DNA of 63,285 nt, filler included, from Bipalium vagum (lineage: Eukaryota), in assembly GCA_037834085.1 (NCBI GenBank). It is 3 parts of 3 records of this genome, joined end to end, with 100 filler letters (N's around TTAATTAATTAA, not from the genome) between each part and the next. Parts side by side here need not be neighbours in the genome. Positions count along the whole stretch, not along the records: positions 1 to 29,787 come from JBBMKC010011777.1; positions 29,888 to 45,694 come from JBBMKC010144926.1; 1 more part is not named here. The stretch is one strand, 5' to 3'. This document shows positions 25,897-39,110 of this stretch, piece by piece (positions within the stretch are counted from its first letter, which is position 1; each line of letters starts with the position of its first letter). The notes below the pieces were generated by a model, which ran no database searches, was not told where the DNA came from, and worked only from the letters and a program-made list of their open reading frames with translations. A program made the translations under genes and the position numbers.

Positions 25897-26277
25897 ATGA
25901 AATCATTTCAGTTATTGATACCAATTTACCTTTTAGCTTTGAGTGATTTTGGTTTCAGCCAAAATATCAATGTCACTTATTCAAAAATAAATGCATCATT
26001 TAATGGTATTATTAAAATAAAAGTAATATATTATTTATGTTTCAATTTTATTGATTATTTAGGATATCAACAGCAGTGCTCATTCTAATAACATAACCCT
26101 CTATCAAAATGATTATATGGTAATTGATAATGGGAATTTAACGGTAATCATCTCAATGGAACATTCAATTTCATTAACTATGAAACTCAATTTATATGAG
26201 TCAACCTTTCATTTTCACAAAATTTCCCTAAATTTTACAGATTCAAATTTGAATTACACATTTAAAAGTAGTTCCAA
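25897..26277 (+). CDS. Signal-peptide, N-glycosylation-rich protein, possibly LAMP-like (exons 25897-26022, 26063-26277; possible third exon from ~28659)
   Basis: MKSFQLLIPIYLLALSDFGFS signal peptide; a 40-nt GT-AG intron joins in frame to ORF 26117; sequons NVT, NAS, NSS, NIT, NLT, NFT, NYT. Confidence 0.5.
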
Positions 26278-27198
26278 GTTTTGTTTTAATATTCTTTAAA
26301 TATTTAATGATTATTTTATAGTGTAAAATATTTTACATTTTTTAACCATTGTTATTTTTAAAAATTATTTTAATTGAAATAAAAGAAATCTGTTCACCAT
26401 GATGAGAATAATATTTCTTAACAAAAAAGAACTCCACGAAAAATAAATGTTTACTTTGAATCTGAGAGAAATCATATTTTTTACATTTATATTTTTGAGC
26501 TATTCCAAAGTTTCTCAATAGTTCTGAATATGAATATTGCACTTTTAGGGTTTGAAGCTTTCAAAGACTACTTGAAGCTTTCAATCATATCATTTGATGG
26601 TCTATTAACATTACTAATATAATTTGAAACTGAGGACATTTTAAAATTTTCCCTGGATTGATTATTTAATAATAAGCACATCTCCTGGGTGTTGAACAAA
26701 GGGTAGAGTCTTAAATAAGGTTGTAAAGTGTCTTATAAAACTTAATATGTGACAGTGCGGAAAATATAAGAGAAATAATCTTAAAGAATACGATATTTTA
26801 CATTTATATTACTTTATCGATTGGTTCATGATTTATCACAGAACTAAAATAAATTTATAAGCGTTTTTATGATGTCAAGGGGTCAAGTGTCTCAGTTCAT
26901 CATTAATTCAAATTTAAATATTTAATCATACAAATGCACTGAAGTACACGGATTCAGACTTTCTTCTTAATTGAGGCATTTATACCTGTGAATGATGTCT
27001 CATTGAAACATTGGACAAATAAATAATATTTTCATGTCAAAGTATTCTGAAAATCCAAAGATGGTATTTTTTTAAAAGAATTTGCATTTTGGTCAAGTAC
27101 CTAAATTGGTTCTACAGATATGAAAAATCAAGTTGTTTTTATTACATATTGGTAAAAAATTATTTTCCAAATTAAATTAATTTTTTATTTTAATATAT

Positions 27199-28576
27199 CA
27201 GTGATTCTCAATCCGTGTAGCGACTTTTTTATGTGCCACCAAATTCTTTTTGATAAGAAATGTTATTTGTTTGAATATTAAAATTTTTAAAAAAACTGTT
27301 GTACATGTTTCAAAATTATTTTTAATAAAGCTTCATGAAGATGATAAGGAGTCATTATTATGAACGACTATGTTATCGATCAGCATAATGAGACTATGTC
27401 CAGTACAAAAAAGCATTTATAAAAAAAATATGTATTGTTCATCGGAAATATAATCATGATTTCTTAAAATTTGGATTCATATCTACAATGGAAAATAATA
27501 TAGTTCTTCCCGAGTACGTGTTATGTGGTTGTAAATTATCAAAAAGTAATATCGTTCCGAGCCAGCTCAAACGTCGTTTGCTGACTGACCAGACTTTGTT
27601 TGCTTCAAAAGACAACTACTCTCAACAACCGATATCGGGAAATTTCAAACGAGTAAATGTTTTAGAAAAACAGTGTACGTGAAAAGCTGAGATAGCTTCT
27701 TATGAAACAGTCGAATTAATTGCAGTTGAACCTTATAACTTGGCTGAAGAATTAATACTTTCAGATTGTCCGAAATTATAAAAATAAGGATTGGTGAATC
27801 TGAAGAAATTGATATTCGTAAATTATCACTTTCAAATGACTCAATTTATCGAAGAATCAAAGACATGCAGCGAAATATTGAAATTCTGACTTTGCTCTAC
27901 ACATAGAAGAAACAACAGACATTGGTGGAAATGTACAATTAATTAGATTCGTTCACTAAAACGATAAAAAATATTTTTGTTGTCGTCAGTTATCTGACTT
28001 TACAAGCACAAAAACAATGAACTCATACAAGAAATCAAAGTTTTGTGGAATCTATGCATTGGCGTTTACCCAACCGGTCCTCCACCTATCAGTAGACATT
28101 TAAAAGAATTTGTAACACGTGATTGAAATGAATGCAGATGTATTAGTCATCCTTTGTTTTTCGTATCTAGAAGTACTCATTTTAAATTATCTGTCAGAAT
28201 TGAAAATACTGCTGGAACAATATATTCAAATAGCTGATTCTGAAATATCAAGGCGTCTATGTAATCAAACTTTAAACGACGATAACCGAGATAAAATTTC
28301 AAACCATTCAGCTTGCAGTAACAAGTGCGACTAATCAATAATAGCCAAAATTATTTTTCAGTTTTTGCACCTTATTTTGTGAATTCTGATTTTAGAAAAA
28401 AGAGGTAAATATAGAACACGACATGAAGATGACTTTATCATTTTATGTCCAAATATGAAGGGTAATCAAGATCAAACTTCGCAATAACTTGTGATTAATC
28501 ATTTGATAAAACATTATTTAGAATGAAGTGCAGACAGGTAAAAGTTACCGCAACATAGAAAAGTTTAGAATCACAG
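27199..28576 (+). mobile_element. hAT Buster-family (ZBED5/SCAND3-like) transposon, degenerate, both TIRs present
   Basis: TIRs CAGTGATTCTCAA / TTTAGAATCACAG; flanks taaTAtat / aaaTAaat fit the nnnTAnnn TSD; RKYNHDFLKFGF..PEYVLCGCKLS..PSQLKRRL, LSNDSIYRRIKDM, FALHIEETTD. Confidence 0.88.
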
Positions 28577-29711
28577 AAATAAATTAAAAATAGACAATTG
28601 GAAATAACGCACAATAAATATCGAATTATTTAAAATAATTTTTTTTAATTTATGCAAGACTGGTTTGTGAATGTGGAGGGAGATTGTTGTTATACGATAT
28701 TGATTTCTTTAAAACTTTTTCACCAATCTCTCATTTTGAAATTTATTTGCTAATTTCACAAGCTGTGAATTTTTGTCTATTATTATTATTATGTTTAGTA
28801 AAATTTCCTACAATCAGCAATTTAATTTTGAAAAAATTAATTAATTTTTGAATATAATTAATTTACTCTTTTTAATTGATTTTGACTCAATGAATGTGCT
28901 ATTCCATTAATATAAGTATAAAATAAAAATATTATATTTTTATCTTAAGGTAACTGAAAATTTTTGTTGACACAAGTCGAGTTTGACATTGTTTATTTAA
29001 TTTTCTGTTCCATTCTGATTTCGTGAAATACTTTCGCAGTACATACTCGGTAACTTTCTTGTCTTTTTTCATTCCGACTCTTCGTTTATTTTCTGTACTG
29101 ATTTTTATGCACTCTGTCAAATGACTGAATGTCAACACTCTGGAAAACACCAGTCTGATTTAAATGAACTAAACTCTGGCTCACATCATTGGTATATTTT
29201 TAACACTAATAATTATTTTAAATTAATTAATTAAAGTTTCAAAAATGACATTTGTTTAAATGTAATATTTTAATTTTCCAATTTTAATTCAAAGAACAAA
29301 CATTACATTTCATTGGATTTATAATTTTCGGAACATTTTCAGATAATATAGATAAAATATTATATTCATTACATTGAAGAACTGATCTTAAAATTACCAA
29401 ATATCAGATTAGCTGATATTCTTTTGTTGATGGGACCCATAACAAATTATAGAAGCAATAAAATATGAAAATTGCAGAGGATGAAGCCTCAATAGAATTA
29501 TATTTTCACTTGGAGATAATTACTTTTTAATACAGCACGGCTTAGATTAGTATAAATTAGTTGTAAATCTTCTGGATTTACAAAGTTTTTTATTTTCATC
29601 TTTTTACTGTTTTTGTTATTAATATTTTCTGATAGGGAGCTTGAACTATTTCAATTTTTTGTCCTTAAATTATTTTCTACTTAAACTTACCGCAATGCTA
29701 TACTTTGTTGT

Positions 29712-29787
29712 ATAGGGTGTCTCAAAAATCACGCAAGATTTGAATTAAATAAAAAACCTTTTTATTTCTTAAAATTAATTAATTTTT
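29712..29787 (+). mobile_element. Tc1/mariner (rosa/DD41D-like) TIR, truncated by the gap
   Basis: TATAGGGTGTCTCAAAAATCACGCAAGATTTGAATT. Confidence 0.55.
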
Positions 29788-29887
29788 NNNNNNNNNNNNN
29801 NNNNNNNNNNNNNNNNNNNNNNNNNNNNNNNTTAATTAATTAANNNNNNNNNNNNNNNNNNNNNNNNNNNNNNNNNNNNNNNNNNNN
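29788..29887. other. Assembly gap: 44 N + TTAATTAATTAA six-frame-stop linker + 44 N
   Basis: Seen directly; same structure at 45695-45794. Confidence 0.97.
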
Positions 29888-30030
29888 TCAAAACGACATA
29901 ATTTTTGCTTTTCGGTTAAATTGTGCGGAATCCATTTGTCCAATTTCTTTGACTTTCCTATTTGTCGAAGATGGTTCGAAACATTCATAGCTGAAACGCC
30001 TACCTTACGGCTAATAACTTATCTGCTATG
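29888..30030 (-). mobile_element. Mariner remnant
   Basis: VSNHLRQIGKSKKLDKWIPHNLTEKQK (WVPHEL motif). Confidence 0.8.
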
Positions 30031-31639
30031 TCCGTTCTTACATGAGGAAATCGGGGAAAAAATGTTTGAGAATTGGGCTAACTTGTGCAGCACAGGAATA
30101 CTGACAAAAACAATTGTCTTAAATGGTCGCCTAAACAAAAAACTGATGAACGGGCACCTGTGAAGTACAGATGAATGTGTGGGAATCATTAATTAAAAAG
30201 AAAAGGAGATAATTCAAGTGGTGGAGAAAATTATAATTTATCATTGGATATTTTATTTCATGATTTTGTTCATTTTATAATCTTACAAAAAAATTGTATT
30301 ATGTGATAAACGTCTTTTATTTGTGATTGTATTCATATTTTTTTTTAAATAATAAATTAAATTAAATAATGATAAACAATAATAAAAGGAACTAATACAT
30401 TATTATTAAATTAATAAATAAACCTATACCTGGAAGGCTTATCCACGATGGAAGCAGAGGCGGATCTAAAAAAGAAAATAAATAAATAAAAATAATAATA
30501 AATAAATCTATGTAGGAGGAAGCAAGATCAGACTGGTACCTAAAGAGAAAAGAGAAATAAATAACATATATAATAAATAAATAACCTACTCAAGTGGGGG
30601 AATTATAAAATAATCAATAAGCAAAATATCCCATTAAGCCCATAGTGTGTGACTATAAAAACTCAATTGGTAAAGTAGTCACACATAAGGACTAGGTGAT
30701 CATTGATTTTATAATTAAATCCCATGAGGACTTTACATAAAATAATAATAATAAAAAATTAAAACTCAAAAATAAAATAACAATAATAAAACATTAACTT
30801 ACACAAAATAAATTAAATTAGAAAACAAGAATAAAATAATAATAATGATAATAGTGATAATAGTGGTAGTGATAGTTATGGAGATTAATAATAATAAATT
30901 AAGTTAAACAAATATTTAATAAGTAGCAAGAAATTACGTCAGTGAATAGGATTACGACAAATATGGATAATGACGTCAAAAGGAAAAAAGAAATAACGTT
31001 ATTTTAAAAAAACGTTATGATAGAGAAATAGTATTTTTATTTATTATTATTATTTGAAATAGTATTATTTTTGAAATAGACACATATGATAGAGAAATAG
31101 TATAAATACCTGAAGAAAAATCATAAAAATTGGCCTTCAAAAATTTCTAATTATTAGTTTATAATTAAGAATTAAAGCGAAATTTTGAAAATTAAAGTTT
31201 ATCATAACTAACCTAAAAAACAAAGCGTAAGTGAATTATCACATTCACTTTAATTAACTAATTAATTAATTAAACAAAACGTGAACATAACTTCTCGTTT
31301 CTGTTCTTATAAAAATAAAATCTTCTCTCTTCTTTTTGTTTGTTTCTGACAATTACTAGTTATCAGATTCGATTTTTTACTTCAGAGCGTTTGTACATTT
31401 CCTCATACAGATTGATATCTTCTTTAATTATTTATTGTCATTTTGATCTTAGTGTCAAAACCTTTTAAAAATTTGTAAAAAATTGTATTTAGAATAAAAA
31501 TTTTAAAAATCATTTTGCTTGTCTTATTTGTGATCAGTACACTACCTTAAGGAGTCAGATTAAGATTATACACACACCCACAAAACTTAACAAATGTTAC
31601 TTTATTCAGAAGTATCGGACTGATGATTTACAAACCAAA

Positions 31640-32260
31640 AAAAATTGAAAAAGACCGGCAACTGTAGAAATTTCTATGGGAGAGAAGAAGCTGCCTCACA
31701 CGCCTTATGCAGCTGCATCTACATAATGCCTGTGGTGCGAAAAAGGCACAATGATCTACGCGATATCTTAGTTGATTTGTTGTCCACACTTAAAAAGGAA
31801 TGGGAAATGCACATTGAAAAGACAGGAATTTTTCAGGAAAAAACTTAATTCCTGATATACAATTAATGAATAAGAGGCTTAAAAGATATCTAATTATAGA
31901 CGTCAAAGTCCCTTTGAATCAGAGATTTCAATCAAGCGCAGTGACAAAGCAAACAAGTAAAAATATTAAACTTTGTTGGAGGAAGCTCAATCCGAGGTCT
32001 GAAGAACATGGTACTACGATATCAGAAAATTTATAATCTGAGCCGGGGGTTCGTGGATCCCATCAAACTACCAAACACTCGGAGCATTTGGATTTAAAAT
32101 AGCAGAAATTAATTCAATTATGGAAAAATGTGCAGCCAGGGCGATCATTAATACCTATAATATCTGGAAAAAATTCATAGCCAGAGCAGAGACAAACATT
32201 TAAAAACTTTCCCGTGTCAATTACAACCATATCTTTGATTTAAAATAAACCACTGTTTTT
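31640..32260 (+). mobile_element. 3' end of an RLE-type non-LTR retrotransposon (NeSL/R2 group)
   Basis: Degenerate CCHC knuckle CRNFYGREEAASHALCSC, RHN motif, PDI..IIDVKVP endonuclease core, GGSWIPSN, AATAAA at the 3' end. Confidence 0.85.
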
Positions 32261-35200
32261 TTGTTTTCTTGGGATATTAGTTATACTAATTATTCTTTAT
32301 AAAAATTATTATAAAAATATTTAATCAGTTTAGAATTATTTAAACAAGTGTATTTCTAATTGTGAATATTAATAATAATTCATAACAAGTAAAAAAATAT
32401 AAAACTGTGCTCACAATCTTTTGCATCCATAAATAATCAATATAATAAATTAATTTTTTTAAAAATAAAGGTTTAAAAACTTTAAATATCTTTTACACCC
32501 TATTTATCACAGAGCATTTGATTGAAAATCTGTTTTCCTGGGACATAAGCCTCGATGTTTATCAACTTTAACGATAAGTTATTCTTTAAAGAATAAAATG
32601 ATTTTGATATATTTAGATAAAAACTTTGATTAAATAAAAATTCAGTTCGATAAATTGCAATTAGAGTGAAATTGAAAATTGAAAAAAGAATGCCATTTTA
32701 ATGACCGGAGGGCATGATAAGCCAATTATATTAAATTATGAGTATTGATGATAATTATTTCGTATTATTTTATAAATATTAATAAAATAATAATAATAAT
32801 AATAATATTTTAAAATGTATGTACATGCTTTTATATCGTCTGATATCTCTTCAGGTTAAAGTTTAAATCTGTAAGGGAATGTTACTGAGTTTTGTTAGCG
32901 GTGAAATAAATACTTCAAAAAGAAAAAAGAATTTTTGTTTCATTGATTTTATACTCTTAAAAAAAATGTTCACTCTTTTTAAAACTTTTTGCCCGAAATT
33001 TCAATAAGTAAAATATTTAACAGAGAAAAATATTAAGTGAAAAGCTCTGTTTTGATTTCCCTGACTTGATCGAGTCTTATATGCAGACACGATCAATGAG
33101 AAACAACCAATGTTCGTGAAAAAAACAAAAAATTGAATCTATCTTTTATGAATATTCCGAAGAACTCCACAATTAAAACTTATTATAATGTTATAAAATG
33201 TTACAATGTTCTGAAGTGGGTTCAAATTATCAATATTTTATGATTCATGTACTTTTTCCTTTACTTTTTAAAATATTTATAGTGTTATTTTTCGGTTATA
33301 ATTGTTATTGGTTATGCTTTGTTATTATATCTTATTTTTCCATGTTCAAATAAGAAATTGTGAAAAGAAACGAGAAAATATTTTCAATAAAATAAAACTT
33401 TTTTCTTGTTATATCCACAATCATTCGCGAAACTTAAAAATTGATTTAATATAACATTTTTACAACCATTTGTTCAGAGCACTTTGCACAGACCTCAGTC
33501 GCGGCCTGGAGTGAATAACACCAAAATGAAATGAACCATTTCACTGCCATATCATGCAGACAATGCAATGTGTTTTTGCAGAAAAGTTACTATCGAGGCA
33601 TATTGTTTGACTAAAAAGCCGCCTTTCTCATACTCAGAATTTATATTTTATTTATATTTTCTATGGTTATTATTTCAGTTATTATTTTATGTAGAAAAAA
33701 TTAAAAAGCATTTCAAAATAAATAGAACGAGACGTAAGCTTTCAGTCAAATGTCAGTCACTAACCATAAAAAATGTGAAGAGTATTTTTGTATCAAGATT
33801 CTTTTCAGTAGATCGGAATTAATTTAATCAGCCTTTGGGTTTTTTAATTCTTTTGCTTTCCTTCATACTAATTTTTACAAAAATAACAAAAGAACCTGTC
33901 AAAACTTAAAAAGTTGAATTATATCTGTGGATTTATAAATGTGCACTTGACTTATGTTGATTATGTTCTGGCTGTAGAATCATTCAGACGAAAAACGTAG
34001 TCTATTTTTTAAACCAAGTCATATTAAACTTTAACATAAGCCGATACGGTTTGGTAAATTTTTTTTCATTATTTAAGAATTGATGCCTAACCCTTTTATA
34101 ATTACCAAGATTGATCAGAATTGGTCTTTACATCATTTACAAAGATTATCTGACTGGAGATGATAATCCTATATATTGGCATTGATTTTCACTTCCAATT
34201 ATGTTGTATTGACAGAGTACGAAGGGTTAAGAGTTTTAGTGTCTTGATCCAGTGTCTTGAAAAATAAATGTGTTTTGAGTAGTCTTGTTTGACTATCTCG
34301 ATAAAGTTTTCTTATAAGGGATAAGATTTAATCATAAGTTAAGCGGTCAGAACTGAGCTAGGTTAAAAATTTAATATTTTACAATAAGAAATAAAAAAAA
34401 TTGATTTTTGATAAAAAAAATTATAAACAAAAATGCGGAAAAATATCAACATAGAATTCACAAATGTATTTACTTATACTTTCTCATACTGATTTAGAAT
34501 ATATATATATATCGGGATCGAGACCAGAAACTTAAATCTTACTGGGTAAACCTTAGACAAAATTTTAGTTTCTTTGACACTGTGCTGTCACTATTATGTT
34601 AAAACCTGAACAATGTGGAATATAGTTGATTAATTTCCCAGAATATGATAGACATATTTAAAGACGATTATTTATTGAATCGTATGACTGGGTGGGTTGG
34701 ACCTCATGAAAGAATTTACATAAACAGTGAAAAACCAAGTGACTGAAGGATTTTTAGCAAGACGAACTTAACCGGAGTTCAGAACAATTTATATTTTTTA
34801 TTTATTGTGTAACTTTGTTTCATCTTCCATAAAAGTATTTTAATGATAAAAAATATCGATAAGTTTTTCATTGATTCAGTTAAATTGATTAATTTTATTA
34901 CACTACCCATTGATCGATTTTGATTTTTATGAAAGGAAATCGTGGAATTGAAAACATCTTAGGGCGATTGTAATATTAGTTGAAATAAATTTATATTCTC
35001 AAATGGAACATACAAATGGAGCGCTCTTCGATGGGTATTAAATATTACGATTATAAAATATATTTATACTAACTAAAAATTCTGTTTTTTAACGTGAAGC
35101 TTTATTTAAATTTTTAAAAAGCTCAGAAAAATAAAAAATAATGCTTAAGAATTTTAATATTTTTATCTTTTTACTTATCATAATTTAATAATCAAACATA

Positions 35201-35500
35201 AAGCAGTAAAACAAATAATCAATTCGACGATTATTTTTCGAAAACATCAACTGACGCACACTTCGACACAAGCACCACAGACACTCCGAGAAGCACATGT
35301 TGCCTAAAAATCTAATGTTGTCTAACTCCACCAGGCAGTAATGAAACAAGTTTGTGTAATGTGTGTGGTTCGTTGATTGCCGTCATCGGCCAACATGCAG
35401 GCGCATATATGTTGAACTTGTGTACAGAAAAAATAAAACCTAATTGAAATTTTTGACTTATTTAGCTAACAAATATTTGATTTTTCATTATTTTTGGAAA

Positions 35501-35959
35501 ATGAACACTGGAAACTTGAGCTTTGGCCTTATTATTACTACTGTAGTTCTTTTGATTATTGCAGTAGCAACTCCATATTGGGGATGTGGAAATATTCTAT
35601 CTGACTGTAATCAAAACAGTACATTCATTGCAATCAAGATATTTTTCATGCTGGGCTTTGTTTGTGCCATTATTGTTTTAATTTTGGAGATTATGGGATT
35701 CGCCTCTCTCACATATCGAAGCAATGGAACATTAAATCTGGTCCGATTAATAATATTAGGGATCGGGGTTGGAAGTTTAATTATTTGTATATTTATATAT
35801 ACAAGCGCTTACTTTAATTTGTGGGCGTATCTATTGACCATTATTGCACTGACTTTGGGTATTCAATTGTTAACCATTGGACTCATGACCAGCAGTTGCA
35901 CTATTACAACCAGATCATCAGGCCATGTGGTTGTTAGAGAAACGATTGTGACCCACTGA
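35501..35959 (+). CDS. Small four-TM claudin/PMP22-superfamily-like protein (152 aa), single coding exon
   Basis: Four hydrophobic helices; AVATPYWGCGNILSDC after TM1; WAY motif before TM4; AG acceptor at ~35465 upstream of the ATG; AATAAA at ~36166. Confidence 0.8.
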   Translation: MNTGNLSFGLIITTVVLLIIAVATPYWGCGNILSDCNQNSTFIAIKIFFMLGFVCAIIVLILEIMGFASLTYRSNGTLNLVRLIILGIGVGSLIICIFIYTSAYFNLWAYLLTIIALTLGIQLLTIGLMTSSCTITTRSSGHVVVRETIVTH

Positions 35960-37109
35960 AGGATTGGTAGATGTTTTATATTTATTTCAAAATCAATAGC
36001 ATGGAAATTATTGATTCTTTTATTTTAATGATTGATGCTTTCGAAATCTCAACGGAATTATATCTTAATAATTTTATAGTTTACACTTAATTATTATATT
36101 AATTTTTGTTAATTCTTTATATATATATTTCCCTATATGGACCTGTTATTTACTAGCAATATTTTAATAAATTTTTGTTTATCGAATTAGTTTTAATTTG
36201 TTTTTTTATATTTTATATTATTTTTAATATTTATAGAGTAAAAAAATAACATTTCCTAATCGAATACGCTAAAAACTCGTTACACAAAAATTAATAACAA
36301 ATCACCATAGACATAATTACAGCGGTCTTTTAAAAAATGGGATCAATCAAATTATTATTACCAATATTGACTCGTTAACGGACGAATGTGATCTGATCGT
36401 GCGCTGCTTCTGAAAATCACATTCCTACTCAATAGCAATTATATCAGAGTTCTAGAACTGTGATTATATGACTTTTGGAACTAGTTTGGCTGAATAATTT
36501 ATCAATTTCAAAACAAATTTTGAATTGGAATTTTTCATGTGCATTGTTATGTTTCCCGAGATATAAAACTAAGCCGATTCCTTCAATGTCGTATAATAAT
36601 ATTTAACAGTCAATCAGTAGGAATCCATTAAATCAATTTTTAGTGCAGTAAATAATTTATTTGTTTATAACATTAGAAAATGGCATAGAATGTAATTTTC
36701 CTGTGATACTTTGGTAGTAATCATAGCTGGTTTTTTAATTAATGTATACAGATGGATCGAAGAACATGAGAATTTTCTTGGGAAACAAATTAGAGAAGTC
36801 ACATTCTTCTCGGTGTGTTTATACATTCGGATTGCAAATAATTATTATAATAAACTAATGATGCAGGTTACATAATAATTTATCATGAAAACTGAATATT
36901 AAATGAAACTTCTCTTTCAGACATTACAGAACTAATAAAAAAATAACGACAATATAATTTCTGTTGATATTGATAAAATATAAATAACCTTAAGAACGAT
37001 TAAGTTGAAAATTAAATATCAATTAACAAATAATAACGCACTCTTCTGTTACTATTATATCCTATTAAAGTAACTTTCGCTCGTCTATCAGTAAATCCTC
37101 ACTAAACGA

Positions 37110-38150
37110 TGTTGTGCCCGTAATTCTATTGCTCCCATGCAAAATTAAACTCAAAATGAATCAAAACTCCCACAACAATACTTTATCCGCACCCTGAAAA
37201 CTGAATCAAAACACTCACAATAAAACTTTATTATAAATTTAACAACAGCCTGATGCAACAACAAAATTCAAACCAATACTCGTAAATCACCCAAAAAATG
37301 TTCAATACCCAAAACAAAATGGCTTCAACATCAAATAATCAAAATCGAGTCAATGGTTAAAGTAATAATGAACACAAAGCAAACGATTAATAATAATAAT
37401 AATAATCTAATTAAATAGTTTTAAAGAAAAGGGTGAGAAAAATAATCACACAGAGAAAGAGTTCCAGAGTTAACAAAATAAAACGGTCTCACTAGGAGCG
37501 ACAAGGGGTCCCCGGGTCGTCTTCCAGGTCCTTTGCAGGTCACCTATGGATTCTTAAACTCGATGGGTCCCCTTGGCAAATCCTCTTGCGAAACCATATC
37601 CACTAAAGTTGAAAACTGGAATTCTTGAACTGTCCTCGGGTCCTCTGGAAAATCGCGTCAAATCGTCCTCCTGAAATTGATTTCTCTGAGATTCGTTTTT
37701 CTGAAAATTCGTTTTTGGACTCTGAAAAATCATTTATGAGCAAATTTCTGGGGATAGTCGTATCTTTATATAGTCATAGAGATTTGGATACGATCACCAA
37801 TCCCTACGCTTCGAGACGGCTATTTCCATGAATAGCCCATTATTGCTAACTTTGTCTCGACTCCGAGACAAAGTTAGATAAAAGGATAAATTACTCCAAC
37901 AACGGAGTTTAGTTTCCTATTCTCCTCAAACACAAAAAATAATAATTAATAATCTCACCTCATATCATTGACACCGAGACTTTTATTTCATTATTATTAT
38001 TGCTATTATTTTTATTATTATTATAATTATTATCCCTAAGTCGCTATTATTTATTTATTCCTACATTATTAATTAATATTTTATTATTATTATTATCAAC
38101 GGGTTTTGTGCCTTTGGCCAACCCAATCCTTCTTATTAACTTGGTTGTGC
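37110..38150 (-). repeat. LTR-like repeat with CCAAT/TATA promoter module, related to 57900-58270
   Basis: Two conserved blocks shared with 57920-58170. Confidence 0.5.
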
Positions 38151-38619
38151 TCGATATCTCGCTATCATTTCAAAAAAAAATCAAATTTTTTAAATCGTAC
38201 TAAAATTATATATCTAAACGTTTCAAAATTTTCATTGAGTTTCTCCAAATTAATTTTACCCTTTTCTCAACATAACTAAACTATTTTTGTTTTATCAAAA
38301 GAAATCTGAATATTTAATAAATACCTTTAAAAATACACTTTCAAATTGCGGCCAATTATTAAAGTCTTACAATTTCATTAGAGGAATCTTTTGATGGATC
38401 TCAGATAATGAATGAGCTCGATAGTAAAATCAAAGAATATCAGTGAATACATATTTTCTGAATATATGAACAATCAGTAGCTTCTAAGTTCGTTATGATT
38501 AGAATATAGAGAAAGGTCAGAGACTAAGCGGAGGTGGACATGAGAAATATAATCAATGATTGTTTAAGATATAGTCTAGCTTGAATAGAAATATTCGTGT
38601 TCAGCTTTGCTTCACGAGA

Positions 38620-39110
38620 CTTCGTTGAGTTCGGCATTCCCTGATGAACCCCTACTAAGTTCTGCCAGGAACAAATATTGATTAATGTTAAGAAAACTAT
38701 GATGAAATAATCAAAAATTATAATGCAAATGAAGCGCATGGAAGTGAAACTTCTGAAACAGGAGAAATAAGTATTCATCCAATTCCTAAACAAGATTCAA
38801 TTCCAATTAATAGAATTGATCAAGTTGTTATGAAACATGATGTAAAATATATTTTTAAAGATTTAAAAGACAGATATATTGTTCAGCCAGATATCAGATG
38901 TTCAAGTGATACATAAAATAAACCAAATCGAAAATTCTACACCACGGGAAAAACTTGAAATAACAATTGTAAAAATTTTAATGAAGAATAAGGTGGACTT
39001 GGTTTATGTTTACCAAGAATTTCATAATCTATTGCAATAAAAAATAGATTCAAATGTATTTCCTCTAGATAAAATTAGCAAATGAACTTCATAAAGAATC
39101 AAAATTAAAT
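38620..39110 (+). mobile_element. Polinton/adintovirus-type fossil: parvovirus-type PLA2 (PLA2X) pseudogene followed by integrase N-terminus
   Basis: KFC(fs)PGTNID..ENYDE..PINRIDQVVMKHDVKY..DLKDR..D..STPREKLE..IVKILMKNKV.LG, then KLANELHKE at 39072-39098. Confidence 0.75.

Noticed and set aside
30143-30170. CTGATGA followed by a small stem
   Set aside because: GAAG instead of GAAA and no helix I.
34091-34226. piggyBac-like ends (CTAA CCCTT...AAGGG TTAA)
   Set aside because: Only 5 bp of inverted match and an imperfect TTAA; could be chance.
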